The position numbers were made by a program, and so were the translations under genes. Below are positions 10,147 through 21,975 of a stretch of 64,000 bases of DNA, piece after piece (position 1 is the first letter of the stretch; each line of letters starts with the position of its first letter). Source of the DNA: an uncultured beta proteobacterium (GTDB taxonomy: Bacteria; Pseudomonadota; Gammaproteobacteria; Burkholderiales; SHXO01); NCBI GenBank assembly GCA_963747025.1, contig CAVVDJ010000006.1, forward strand, positions 270,244-334,243, given 5' to 3'. The notes beneath the pieces are model-generated. The model was not told the origin of the DNA, did no database searches, and saw only the letters and a list, made by a program, of their open reading frames with translations.

Positions 10147-12975
10147 ATGGCCGCACAGATGAAGGAATTCCTGGGCACGTCCTATCTGTTCGGCAGCAAC
10201 GCGCCGTTCATCGAGGAGTTGTACGAGGCCTGGCTGGAGGAGCCCGACTCGGTGGCGCCGGAATGGCGGCGCTGGTTCGACCAGATCCAGCAGCCGGGCG
10301 CGCGCGACGTCGCGCACCAGCCGGTACGCGAGGCCTTCGTACGATTGGCCTACCGGCGGCCCGGCGCCAACGGGCACGCACCCACGGCTGCGGTTGCTTC
10401 GGTCGAGCGCAAGCAGGTGTCTGTGCTGCAGCTGATCAACGCCTATCGCTTCCTCGGGCTCAGGCACGCCAACGTCGATCCGCTCAAGCGCTTCCCGAAG
10501 CCCGACGTCCCCGAGCTCGAGCCGGCTTACTATGGGTTGACCGAGGCCGACATGGACTCGGTGTTCAACACCGGTTCGCTGGTCGGTCCCGAGCAGTTGC
10601 CTCTGCGCGAGATCCTGCGCGCGGTGCGCGAGACCTACTGCGGCTCCATCGGCGTGGAGTACATGTACATCAGCGATGTGGCGCAGAAGCGCTGGATCCA
10701 GTCGCGGTTCGAGGGCATCCGCTCGACTCCAGGCTACTCGCCGGATTACAAGCGCCACATCCTGGAGCGCGTGACCGCTGCCGAGACGATGGAGAAGTAC
10801 CTGCATACGCGCTACGTCGGACAGAAGCGCTTCTCGCTGGAAGGGGGCGAGAGCCTGATTCCGCTGCTCGATAACCTGCTGCAGCGTGCCGGCGAGAAGG
10901 GCATCCAGGAGACGGTAATCGGCATGGCCCATCGCGGCCGGCTGAACGTGCTGGTGAACACCATGGGCAAGATGCCCAAGGATCTGTTCTCCGAGTTCGA
11001 GGGCAAGCACGCCGACAGCTTTCCGGCCGGCGACGTCAAATATCACCTGGGCTTCTCGTCCGACATCGTCACCCCGGGCGGACCCATGCACCTGACGCTG
11101 GCGTTCAATCCGTCGCACCTGGAGATCGTCAACCCGGTGGTCGAAGGCTCGGTGCGCGCGCGCCAGCATCGGCGTCGCGATCGCGACGGCAAGCAGGTCT
11201 TGCCGGTGGTGATCCACGGCGACGCCGCGTTCGCCGGGCAGGGCGTGGTGATGGAGACGCTCAACCTGTCGCAGACGCGCGGCTACCGGACCGGCGGCAC
11301 GGTGCACGTCATCGTCAACAATCAGATCGGCTTCACCACTTCGGACACGCGCGACACACGCTCGACGTTGTACTGCACCGACGTGGTCAAGATGGTCGAG
11401 GCACCGGTGTTCCACGTCAATGGCGACGATCCGGAGGCCGTGGTGCTGGCGACCGAGATCGCGCTCGATTTCCGAGCCGAGTTCCAGAAGGACGTGGTGA
11501 TCGATCTGGTGTGCTTCCGGCGCCACGGCCACAACGAGCAGGACGAGCCGATGGTGACGCAGCCGCTGATGTACAAGCTCGTCGCGCAGCATCCGGGCAC
11601 GCGCAAGCTGTACGCCGACAAGCTCGTGGAGCAGGGCGTGATCCAGCCGGAAGACCCGGACCAGATGATCAAGGCGTACCGCGCGGCGCTCGACGGCGGC
11701 TACCACACGAACAAGACCATCCTCTCCAACTACCGGCCGCCTTACGCCGTGAACTGGGACAAGTTCAAGGACGCCAAGTGGAACGAGAAAGTCGACACCG
11801 CGGTGCCGATGGCCGAGCTGAAAGCGCTGGCGGACAAGCTGACCACCGTCCCGCCGGAGTTCAAGCTGCATCCGCGCGTGGAGAAGGTCATCGCCGATCG
11901 CCGCCAGATGGGGCAGGGCAAGCTCCCGCTCGACTGGGGCATGGCGGAGAACCTGGCCTACGCGGCGCTGCTCAAGGACGGGTACGCCGTGCGCATATCG
12001 GGTCAGGACAGCGGTCGCGGTACCTTCTTCCACCGCCACGCGGTGCTGCACGACCAGGCGCGCGCGCGCTGGGACGCCGGCACCTGGGTACCGCTGCAGC
12101 ACATCGCCGAGAATCAGCCCGATTTCGTGATGATCGACTCGGTGCTGTCCGAAGAGGCAGTGCTCGGTTTCGAGTACGGCTACGCCACGGCCGAGCCCAA
12201 CGAGCTGGTGCTGTGGGAGGCGCAGTTCGGCGACTTCGTCAACGGCGCGCAGGTGGTGATCGATCAGTTCATCGCTTCGGGCGAGGTGAAGTGGGGGCGC
12301 ATGTGCGGGCTGGTCCTGATGCTGCCGCACGGCTACGAGGGCCAGGGTCCGGAGCACTCGTCTGCGCGCCTGGAACGCTTTCTGCAATTGTGCGCGGACT
12401 ACAACATGCAGATCTGCGTGCCCTCCACGCCGGCGCAGATGTTCCACATGCTGCGGCGGCAGATGATGCGCACCTTCCGCAAGCCGCTCATCATCTTCAG
12501 CCCCAAGAGCATGCTGCGCCACAAGGAATCGGTGTCGAGCCTGGAGGACCTGGCGACCGGGAGCTTCCAGCCTGTCATCGGTGAATCGGACAAGCTCAAC
12601 GCGGACGAGGTCAAGCGGGTGGTGTTTTGCAGCGGTAAGGTCTACTACGACCTGCGGGCGGCGCGGCGCGAGCGCGGCATCACCGACATCGCGATCGTAC
12701 GGCTGGAGCAGCTGTATCCTTTTCCGCACGACGAGTTCAAGGCGCAGATCGAGCGCTACGCCAAGGCCCGCGAGATCGTCTGGTGCCAGGAAGAGCCGGG
12801 CAACCAGGGCGCCTGGCATCGGATCCAGCATTACCTGCTGCGGCATCTGCTGCCGACGCAGAAACTGAGCTATGCGCTGCGTCCGTCGTCGGCTTCGCCC
12901 GCCGCCGGCTATCTGGCGTTACACAACGAACAGCAGAAGGCGGTCGTGGACGCCGCGTTGACCCACGGCGTCTGA
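10147..12975 (+). CDS. sucA: 2-oxoglutarate dehydrogenase E1 component
   Basis: Intact 942-aa ORF: MAAQMKEFLGTSYLFGSNAPFIEELYEAWL.., ..HGDAAFAGQGVV.., ..WCQEEPGNQGAW.. Followed by sucB and lpdA. Confidence 0.97.
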   Translation: MAAQMKEFLGTSYLFGSNAPFIEELYEAWLEEPDSVAPEWRRWFDQIQQPGARDVAHQPVREAFVRLAYRRPGANGHAPTAAVASVERKQVSVLQLINAYRFLGLRHANVDPLKRFPKPDVPELEPAYYGLTEADMDSVFNTGSLVGPEQLPLREILRAVRETYCGSIGVEYMYISDVAQKRWIQSRFEGIRSTPGYSPDYKRHILERVTAAETMEKYLHTRYVGQKRFSLEGGESLIPLLDNLLQRAGEKGIQETVIGMAHRGRLNVLVNTMGKMPKDLFSEFEGKHADSFPAGDVKYHLGFSSDIVTPGGPMHLTLAFNPSHLEIVNPVVEGSVRARQHRRRDRDGKQVLPVVIHGDAAFAGQGVVMETLNLSQTRGYRTGGTVHVIVNNQIGFTTSDTRDTRSTLYCTDVVKMVEAPVFHVNGDDPEAVVLATEIALDFRAEFQKDVVIDLVCFRRHGHNEQDEPMVTQPLMYKLVAQHPGTRKLYADKLVEQGVIQPEDPDQMIKAYRAALDGGYHTNKTILSNYRPPYAVNWDKFKDAKWNEKVDTAVPMAELKALADKLTTVPPEFKLHPRVEKVIADRRQMGQGKLPLDWGMAENLAYAALLKDGYAVRISGQDSGRGTFFHRHAVLHDQARARWDAGTWVPLQHIAENQPDFVMIDSVLSEEAVLGFEYGYATAEPNELVLWEAQFGDFVNGAQVVIDQFIASGEVKWGRMCGLVLMLPHGYEGQGPEHSSARLERFLQLCADYNMQICVPSTPAQMFHMLRRQMMRTFRKPLIIFSPKSMLRHKESVSSLEDLATGSFQPVIGESDKLNADEVKRVVFCSGKVYYDLRAARRERGITDIAIVRLEQLYPFPHDEFKAQIERYAKAREIVWCQEEPGNQGAWHRIQHYLLRHLLPTQKLSYALRPSSASPAAGYLALHNEQQKAVVDAALTHGV

Positions 12976-13015
12976 TACCGCGGGCGGTACCGCGCCTGAA
13001 GCGATCGGAGAACAC

Positions 13016-14256
<1,241 letters not shown>

Positions 14257-14260
14257 ATCC

Positions 14261-15777
<1,517 letters not shown>

Positions 15778-15793
15778 GTTCCTGCCGCCGGGA

Positions 15794-16926
15794 ATGAGCA
15801 CCGCCGCAGCCCCGGCCAGCAGCGGCCCGACGTTCGATCCATCTGTCGCAGGCTTGCTCGGTCAATTCCAACAGATCGCGCAACGCCACGGTTTCACGCT
15901 GGACCCTTCTCAGGAGCGGGCGGTGTCCTCGTTTCAGCGCCTGCATCAGGACCTGGATACGCTGGAGAAAAATCGCCGCCCGTGGCTGCGACTCTGGTCG
16001 CGCCGCAGCGCGTGTCCGGCATCTACCTCTGGGGCCCGGTGGGGCGCGGAAAAAGCTTCCTGATGGACGAGTTCTTTCGCCTCGTACCGCTCGAGAAGAA
16101 GCAACGCGTCCACTTCCATCGCTTCATGCAGGGCATCCACCACCGTCTGCGTGAGCTGCAGGGCGCAGCCGGATCCGCTCAAGCTGATCGCCGCGCGTAG
16201 GGCGCGAGACGCAGCTGCTTTGCCTGGACGAGTTCCATGTCACCGATATCGGCGATGCCATGCTGATGCGCGGGTTGCTGGAAGGTCTGTTCGAGCAGCA
16301 GGTGGTGCTCGTGACCACCTCGAACCAGCATCCCGATCAGCTGTACGCCCACGGGCTGCAGCGGGCCCAGTTTCTCCCCGCCATCGAACTGATCAAGACC
16401 AACCTCGAGGTTGTAGCAGCTCGACGGCGACAGCGACTACCGGCTGCGGACGCTGACGCGCGCGGGCGTCTATCATCAGCCCCTCGACGCCGCCGCCGAT
16501 CGCGCTCTGGACGAAGCTTTCCTCGGCGTGGCGGGGGAGGCGGGAACAGCCAAGATCGCATCGAGATCGAAGGCCGCCAGATCCTGGCGCGCCGCGTCGC
16601 GCCGGGTACGATCTGGTTCGACTTCGCCGAGCTGTGCGAAGGACCGCGCGGCACCGCGGATTACATCGAGCTCGCGCGGCGCTACCATACGGTACTGGTG
16701 GCGGGCGTGCCGCAGTTTCGCTCCGATCAGGTGGAGAGCCTGCGACGCTTCACCTGGCTGGTGGACGAGTTCTACGACCGCCAGGTCAAGCTGATCCTGA
16801 GCGCCGAGACGACCGGTCGAGCGGCTGTATGACGAAGTGCCAGAGCGAGCCGATACCGAGCGCACGCGCAGCCGCTTGATCGAGATGCAGACCACTGCGG
16901 TACCTCAGTCTTCCGCATCTGGCGTA
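15794..16926 (+). pseudogene. zapE: cell division protein ZapE (AFG1-family ATPase), about 7 frame slips
   Basis: Motifs: ..[20 protein letters not shown].. (Walker A), ..LLCLDEFHVTDIGDAMLM.. (Walker B), ..VLVTTSN.. and ..RSRLIEMQT. Slips are near 15990, 16165, 16195, 16420, 16550, 16811 and 16897. The inferred stop is TAA 16924-16926. Confidence 0.85.
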
Positions 16927-16973
16927 ACTGAGGCGGCGCGCCAGTCGAACGGGAGCCACCCATAGGCAAGGCG

Positions 16974-17966
16974 ATGGCGAAATTCAAGGCGTACCGGATT
17001 TACAACGAGGACGGCAAGGTCCAGGCGCGGCTGGTCGACCTCACGCTGGAGGAACTGGATCCCGGCGAAGTCGTGATCAAGACCGCCTTCTCCAGCGTCA
17101 ACTTCAAGGACGCCCTGGCGGCGACCGGCGCCGGCAAGATCATCCGGCGCTTTCCCTGCGTCGGTGGGATCGATGCGTCCGGTACCGTGATCTCGTCCAG
17201 CGATCCGCGCTTCAAGGCTGGCGATCCCGTCATCTGCACCAGCTACGATCTAGGCGTGGCCCATGACGGCGGCTATGCCGAGTACGTGCGGGTGCCGGCG
17301 GCCTGGGTGGTGCCGCTGCCCCAGGGGTTGACGCTGTTCGAGGCCATGGCGCTGGGCACCGCCGGGTACACCGCCGGACTGGCGGTGGAGCGCATGGAGC
17401 ACGACGGCCTCAAGCCGGCCAACGGACCGGTGATTGTCACCGGTGCCACAGGCGGCGTCGGCAGCGTCGCGATCGATATCCTCGCCGGCGCCGGGTACGA
17501 CGTGACGGCGCTGACCGGCAAGGAAGGCGAGATCGATTACCTGAAGCGGCTGGGTGCGAAGGAAGTGATGCTGCGGAGCAGTCTCGACCTGACCAAGATC
17601 AAGCCGTTGGACAAGGCCACCTGGGCCGGCGCAGTGGACAACCTCGGCGGCGATGTGCTGTCATGGCTCGCCAGCACCATGCAGATCGGCGGCACGCTCG
17701 CAGCATCGGGCTTGGCGGCGAGCCACACGTTCAACACCACGGTCATGCCCTTTATCCTGCGCGGCGTGAGCCTGCTCGGGATAGACTCGGTGAACACGCC
17801 GATGGCGTTGCGCCAGAAGAGTCTGGCAGCGACTGGCTTCCGATCTCAAGCCGCGCCATCTGACGACATGTGCACTACGGTAACGCTGGAGCAGTTGCCT
17901 GCGGTGTTCGAGAAGATCCTCAAAGCCCAGGCGCGCGGCCGTACCGTGGTCAAGCTCGCGGGCTGA
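16974..17966 (+). CDS. acuI: YhdH/AcuI-family NADPH-dependent oxidoreductase (acrylyl-CoA reductase-like)
   Basis: 330-aa open frame: MAKFKAYRIY..VVIKTAFSSVNFKDALA.., ..VTGATGGVGS.. A short internal stretch (about 17815-17875) reads better in another frame, suggesting a compensated slip pair (see findings). Adjacent to prpE. Confidence 0.85.
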   Translation: MAKFKAYRIYNEDGKVQARLVDLTLEELDPGEVVIKTAFSSVNFKDALAATGAGKIIRRFPCVGGIDASGTVISSSDPRFKAGDPVICTSYDLGVAHDGGYAEYVRVPAAWVVPLPQGLTLFEAMALGTAGYTAGLAVERMEHDGLKPANGPVIVTGATGGVGSVAIDILAGAGYDVTALTGKEGEIDYLKRLGAKEVMLRSSLDLTKIKPLDKATWAGAVDNLGGDVLSWLASTMQIGGTLAASGLAASHTFNTTVMPFILRGVSLLGIDSVNTPMALRQKSLAATGFRSQAAPSDDMCTTVTLEQLPAVFEKILKAQARGRTVVKLAG

Positions 17967-17996
17967 CGCTCGCAAGCGCTCAGTGCGGAGGAGAAG

Positions 17997-19902
17997 ATGG
18001 CGGAGACCTATCGGGACTTCTACCGCCGCTCGATCGATCAGCGCGATGCGTTCTGGGCCGAGCAGGCCCGGCTGGTCGACTGGCACAAGCCGTTCGAGCG
18101 CGTGCTGGACTATAGCCGCCCTCCGTTCGCGCGCTGGTTCGTCGGCGGTCAGACCAACCTGTGCCACAACGCGGTCGATCGGCACCTCGCCACCCGCCCG
18201 GACCAGCCCGCTCTGGTCTGGATCTCGACCGAAGTCGAGCAGCGCAAGACGTACACGTACCGGCAGCTGCACGCCGAAGTGAACCGCTTGGCCGCTGCGC
18301 TGCAGGCACTGGGCGTGGGGAAGGGCGATCGCGTACTGATCTATATGCCGATGATCCCGGAGGCCGTGTTCGCGATGCTGGCCACGGTGCGCATCGGTGC
18401 CATCCACTCGGTCGTGTTCGGCGGATTCGCCGCCGCGAGCCTGGCGGCCCGCATCGACGACGTTCAACCCAAGGTGATGATCACCAGCGATGCCGGCATG
18501 CGCATGGGCAAGGTGATCGCACTCAAGCCCCTCGCTGACGAGTCGATCCGACTGTCCAGCTCACCGCCGCAGCACGTGGTCGTGGTGAACCGCAATCTAG
18601 CTACGCCGCTATCCATGACGCCGGATCGCGACCTCGACTATGCAGACTTTGCTCGCAGAGCACGTGTCGGCTCGAGTTCCGGTCACCTGGCTGGAGTCCT
18701 CGGAGCCGAGCTACGTGCTGTACACGAGCGGCACCACGGGCCGTCCCAAAGGCATCCAGCGCGACACCGGCGGCTATGCCGTGGCGCTCGCCGCTTCAAT
18801 GCAGCACATCTACTGCTCGCGGCCGGGTGAGGTCTACTTCTGCACCTCGGACATCGGCTGGGTGGTGGGTCATTCCTACATCGTGTACGGGCCGCTCATC
18901 AACGGATCGACTTCCATCCTGTACGAGGGCGTGCCGATGCGGCCGGACGCAGGCGTGTGGTGGAAGATCGTGCAGGATTTTAGAGTGACTTCGATGTTTT
19001 CTTCACCGACTGCTGTGCGGGTGCTGAAGAAGCAGGACCCTGCCTATCTGAAGAAGTACGACACATCCAGCCTCAAGTACCTGTTTCTCGCCGGCGAGCC
19101 GTTGGACCAGCCGACGTCCGAGTGGATCGAGCAGGGACTTGGGGTCAAGGTCATCGACAACTACTGGCAGACCGAATCCGGCTGGCCGATCTTGACCAGC
19201 GCTCCCGGTGTGGAAGAGACACCACGTAAGCTCGGCTCACCCAGCTTCGCCGCGTATGGCTATCGTCTCGCGCTCAAGCACGAGGCCACGGGACAGGACG
19301 CGGGCCCGAACGAGAAGGGCGTGCTGTGCATCGTGCCGCCCTTGCCGCCAGGGTGCATGAGCACCGTCTGGGGGAACGATGAGCGCTTCGTGCAAACCTA
19401 CTTTTCCATGTTCCCGCACGAGCAGGTCTACACGACTTTCGACTGGGCGGTGCGCGACGAGGACGGCTACTACTTTATATTGGGGCGCACCGACGACGTC
19501 ATCAACGTCGCCGGCCATCGTCTCGGGACGCGCGAGATCGAGGAAGCGGTGCAGGCGCATCCGAATATCGCCGAGGTCGCCGTGGTCGGAGTCAACGATG
19601 CGCTGAAGGGCCAGGTGCCGGTCGCGTTCGCCGTCGTCAAGGACGCCGCCAAGGTTGCCACGACCGAGCTGGCACTCGCCCATGAGCGCGAGGTGATGGC
19701 GACCGTGGACCGGGAGCTCGGCGCCATCGGGCGTCCCGCGCGCATTCACTTCGTGCAGATGCTGCCCAAGACGCGTTCCGGCAAGCTGCTCCGGCGGAGC
19801 ATCCAGGCGCTGGCGGAAGGCCGGGACCCGGGCGACCTCACCACGCTCGAAGATCCCGCGGCGTTGGACCAGATCAGGACGATCCTCGCAGCGCACCGGT
19901 GA
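17997..19902 (+). pseudogene. prpE: propionate--CoA ligase (acyl-CoA synthetase family), one frame slip near 18650
   Basis: MAETYRDFYRRSIDQRDAFWAEQARLVDWHKPF.. (ORF 17997..18830) continues as ..LLAEHVSARVPVTWLESSEPSYVLYTSGTTGRPKG..KTRSGKLLRR.. (ORF 18640..19902). The N-terminus is typical of PrpE rather than Acs. Confidence 0.85.
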
Positions 19903-19917
19903 GGACGCCGCGCTCTC

Positions 19918-20443
19918 CTACCGCCTGCGCGGATCATCCGCAGGATTTGCGTACTCGATTGGATTGCCGATCGGTCCCATGCCCATCTCCTGAATGATCA
20001 CTTCGTCCTCGGCCCAGGCGAAGTGCAGGACGCCTGCCTCCGTGACGTAGAAGCTGCCGGGCGCAAACTTGGCAAGTCGCTCTCGATCGAACTTCTCGCC
20101 CACGCCCGACCAATAGTGACCTTTCAACACCGTAACGCTGCGCCGGTCTTCGTGTCTGTGCGCGGGTAGTACATAGCCGGCAGGAAACCAGGCGCGGAAG
20201 ATGTACGGCCCCGGCTGCTTGGGGCTGCCGAGAATCATGATCATCTTCACGCCCGGCGGGACCGTGCTGCTGTCCTTCCACTCGAGGTCGAGACGCAGCA
20301 GGCGCTTCTTCGCTCAGCATGATGATCTGCATCTCAGCCGCGAGGAGGCTGCCGCCGAACAGCAGCAGCAGGCCGCTGCAGACTGTGCATGCCACGCTGC
20401 GAGCACGCCGAGCAAGCCAGATCAAGTCGTTCCGCATCAACAA
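19918..20443 (-). pseudogene. secreted cupin-domain protein, one frame slip near 20300
   Basis: The cupin core is ..PGPYIFRAWFPAGYVLPAHRHEDRRSVTVLKGHYW.. (ORF 19918..20250). It is preceded in another frame by a signal-peptide-like MLMRNDLIWLARRARSVACTVCSGLLLLFGGSLLAAE starting at 20443. Confidence 0.6.
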
Positions 20444-20846
20444 CCTCCTTATTCTTGGCGGACACGCTGAGCCAGCGATCCGCTGCGAGTATACCCAGTG
20501 TCGCTGAAGGGAGTCATCTCATTGGCGATGAACAAAATTCTTGATTGCCCACGTCGTACTTGCGCAATACGCGCATGCGTGCAACGTGTCCTTATTTTTT
20601 TGTTCGCAACTTTCCGCAACGTCTTGCTACAATGCGCGCTCGCGCACCTGCACATCACTACAACGCGCATCAATGCGCGGACATCAAGATCTTCGCGGAG
20701 GTGCGCGCACACCGTGAAGCAACGAGATAGCTGCCAGACATGATCTCCGCGCCGGGGCCTATGACCTGCCCGGCGCCGGGGGGAGGTTTCTTCGGGAGGT
20801 TGGAATTGGACCGTATGCGAATCCATCTGAAAGAAAAGGAGACTAG

Positions 20847-21125
20847 ATGAACAAAGCAGAACTGGTTGAGGCGATCGCCAAAAAAACAGGCGGTACGAAA
20901 GTGGCGGTCGAAACTACGCTCGATGCTTTCTTAGACACCGTAACCGGGGTTCTCAGCAAAGGCGAATCCGTGGCGCTTATCGGCTTCGGGACCTTCTCGA
21001 TGTCCAGGCGTGCCGCGCGCAAGGGCCGCAACCCCGCAACCGGAGCGGAGATCAAGATACCGGCTTCCAAGGTCGCCAAGTTCTCTTCCGGCGCAAAGCT
21101 GAAGAAAGCGGTGAACAAGAAGTAA
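20847..21125 (+). CDS. hupB: DNA-binding protein HU
   Basis: 92-aa ORF MNKAELVEAIAKKTGGTKVAVETTLDAFLDTVT..GFGTF..RAARKGRNPATG.., with AAGGAG 5 nt upstream of the ATG. Confidence 0.95.
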   Translation: MNKAELVEAIAKKTGGTKVAVETTLDAFLDTVTGVLSKGESVALIGFGTFSMSRRAARKGRNPATGAEIKIPASKVAKFSSGAKLKKAVNKK

Positions 21126-21178
21126 GACGTTAGCGACGCCGGCGAGATCGATCCGCCGGCTGAGCTCAAGTCTTTGAG

Positions 21179-21208
21179 AGGACGTCCCAATGTGGGACGT
21201 CCTTTTTC
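21179..21208 (+). terminator. intrinsic terminator of hupB
   Basis: Perfect 11-bp stem AGGACGTCCCA / TGGGACGTCCT with a 3-nt loop, followed by TTTTT. Confidence 0.75.
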
Positions 21209-21566
21209 ATTGGTGAGCCCAGAGCAAGCATGGACGCCAGCGTAACTGCAACGAGACGGTGCGGAATCGTCGAAGCGGACGTTGGATTCGCGAGTACGCA
21301 GGGCCGAAGAGAGGGACAACACGCTGCGCATCGCGCCAGCAGGCGCGGTTGCAGCTTGGGGCAGAGGCTGACTTCGCTTGCGAAGTTAAGGACGTTAGTC
21401 CGGCTCTCGCCGTTGGCTTCGGCCGCCGGCCGATAATATGTTTTTGCGGGCTGAAGGAGCGGGCGGCTAACCTGACTCAGGTCAGGTTAGCCTACGCCGC
21501 AACAAGCTTCGCGTGTTGTCGAACCCACTGGGTTCGAATCCGAGCGCGCGATGCCAGAAATGAGAA

Positions 21567-21600
21567 CGCCCTCTTAATCTGTGAGGGCGCTCGATTTTTT
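21567..21600 (+). terminator. second plus-strand intrinsic terminator-like hairpin in the hupB / tRNA-Ser spacer
   Basis: 7-bp GC-rich stem CGCCCTC / GAGGGCG with a 9-nt loop, then CTCGA and TTTTTT. Its presence implies an independent plus-strand transcript ending here. Confidence 0.45.
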
Positions 21601-21616
21601 GGTGGAGAGAGAGGGA
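21600..21616 (-). repeat. direct repeat of the tRNA-Ser 3' end (16/17 identity)
   Basis: TGGTGGAGAGAGAGGGA matches TGGCGGAGAGAGAGGGA at 21757-21773 (the CCA end, acceptor 3' strand and start of the T stem, read on the plus strand). Confidence 0.6.
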
Positions 21617-21756
21617 AAACGCGGCGTCGTGTGGCCGCGTTTCGGCGGAGGCTAACTTGCCCTCGGGCAAGTTAAGCGCAGCGGCCGGAACCAACCGAAC
21701 CGCTGGGTTCGAAGCCTGACTCGACGCAAGACGACGGAACGAACGTGGAGTTACGT

Positions 21757-21849
21757 TGGCGGAGAGAGAGGGATTCGAACCCTCGGTACGGTTTTAGGCC
21801 GTACACACGCTTTCCAGGCGTGCACCTTCAACCACTCGGTCATCTCTCC
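21757..21849 (-). tRNA. tRNA-Ser (anticodon GGA)
   Basis: The reverse complement is GGAGAGATGACCGAGTGGTTGAAGGTGCACGCCTGGAAAGCGTGTGTACGGCCTAAAACCGTACCGAGGGTTCGAATCCCTCTCTCTCCGCCA. The acceptor is GGAGAGA/TCTCTCC and the anticodon stem is CACGC/GCGTG with loop CTGGAAA. It has a long variable arm GTACGG/CCGTAC, T arm GAGGG-TTCGAAT-CCCTC, discriminator G and an encoded CCA. Confidence 0.95.
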
Positions 21850-21912
21850 GCGTTTGCTGCGCCTACTCCGGTCTGGCGCACGCAGGGGCAATCTGCTTAG
21901 AACCGCAGATTG

Positions 21913-21952
21913 TCCAGGCGTGCACCTTCAACCACTCGGTCATCTCTCCGCG
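21913..21952 (-). pseudogene. truncated copy of the tRNA-Ser 5' half (nt 1-37 plus 3 upstream nt), 40/40 identical
   Basis: 21913-21952 equals 21813-21852 exactly. Identity ends right after the GGA anticodon, and no T arm or acceptor 3' strand follows. Confidence 0.7.
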
Positions 21953-21975
21953 CTGCCCAATCGCAAAGGCGCGCG

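Noticed and set aside
10114-12846. 910-aa ORF on the minus strand
   Set aside because: It is entirely antisense to the intact, strongly conserved sucA. Its composition is Arg/Ala/Leu/His-rich, which is typical of stop-free antisense frames in high-GC DNA.
21465-21492. Integron attC site (GGCTAAC ... GTTAGCC resembles the inverse-core/core pattern)
   Set aside because: It is only 28 nt long and perfectly paired, with no extrahelical bases. There is no integrase or cassette ORF nearby, and the core is not the GTTRRRY consensus.
21465-21556. tRNA-Sec or another plus-strand tRNA
   Set aside because: The hairpin loop contains TCA, and a T-arm-like motif plus GCCA follow it. However, the stem is 12 bp with a 4-nt loop, there is no D arm, and no 5' strand pairs with the putative acceptor.
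21460-21620. Possible tmRNA (one-piece or permuted two-piece) on the minus strand
   Set aside because: Three features tempted me: a ..TCTCTCCACCA end at 21600-21616, a minus-strand reading ..AKLVAA-stop, and a stop codon at the base of a hairpin. However, there is no GGGGAGA 5' acceptor strand, and no proper T arm precedes the CCA-like end. The CCA-like end is more simply a copy of the tRNA-Ser 3' terminus.
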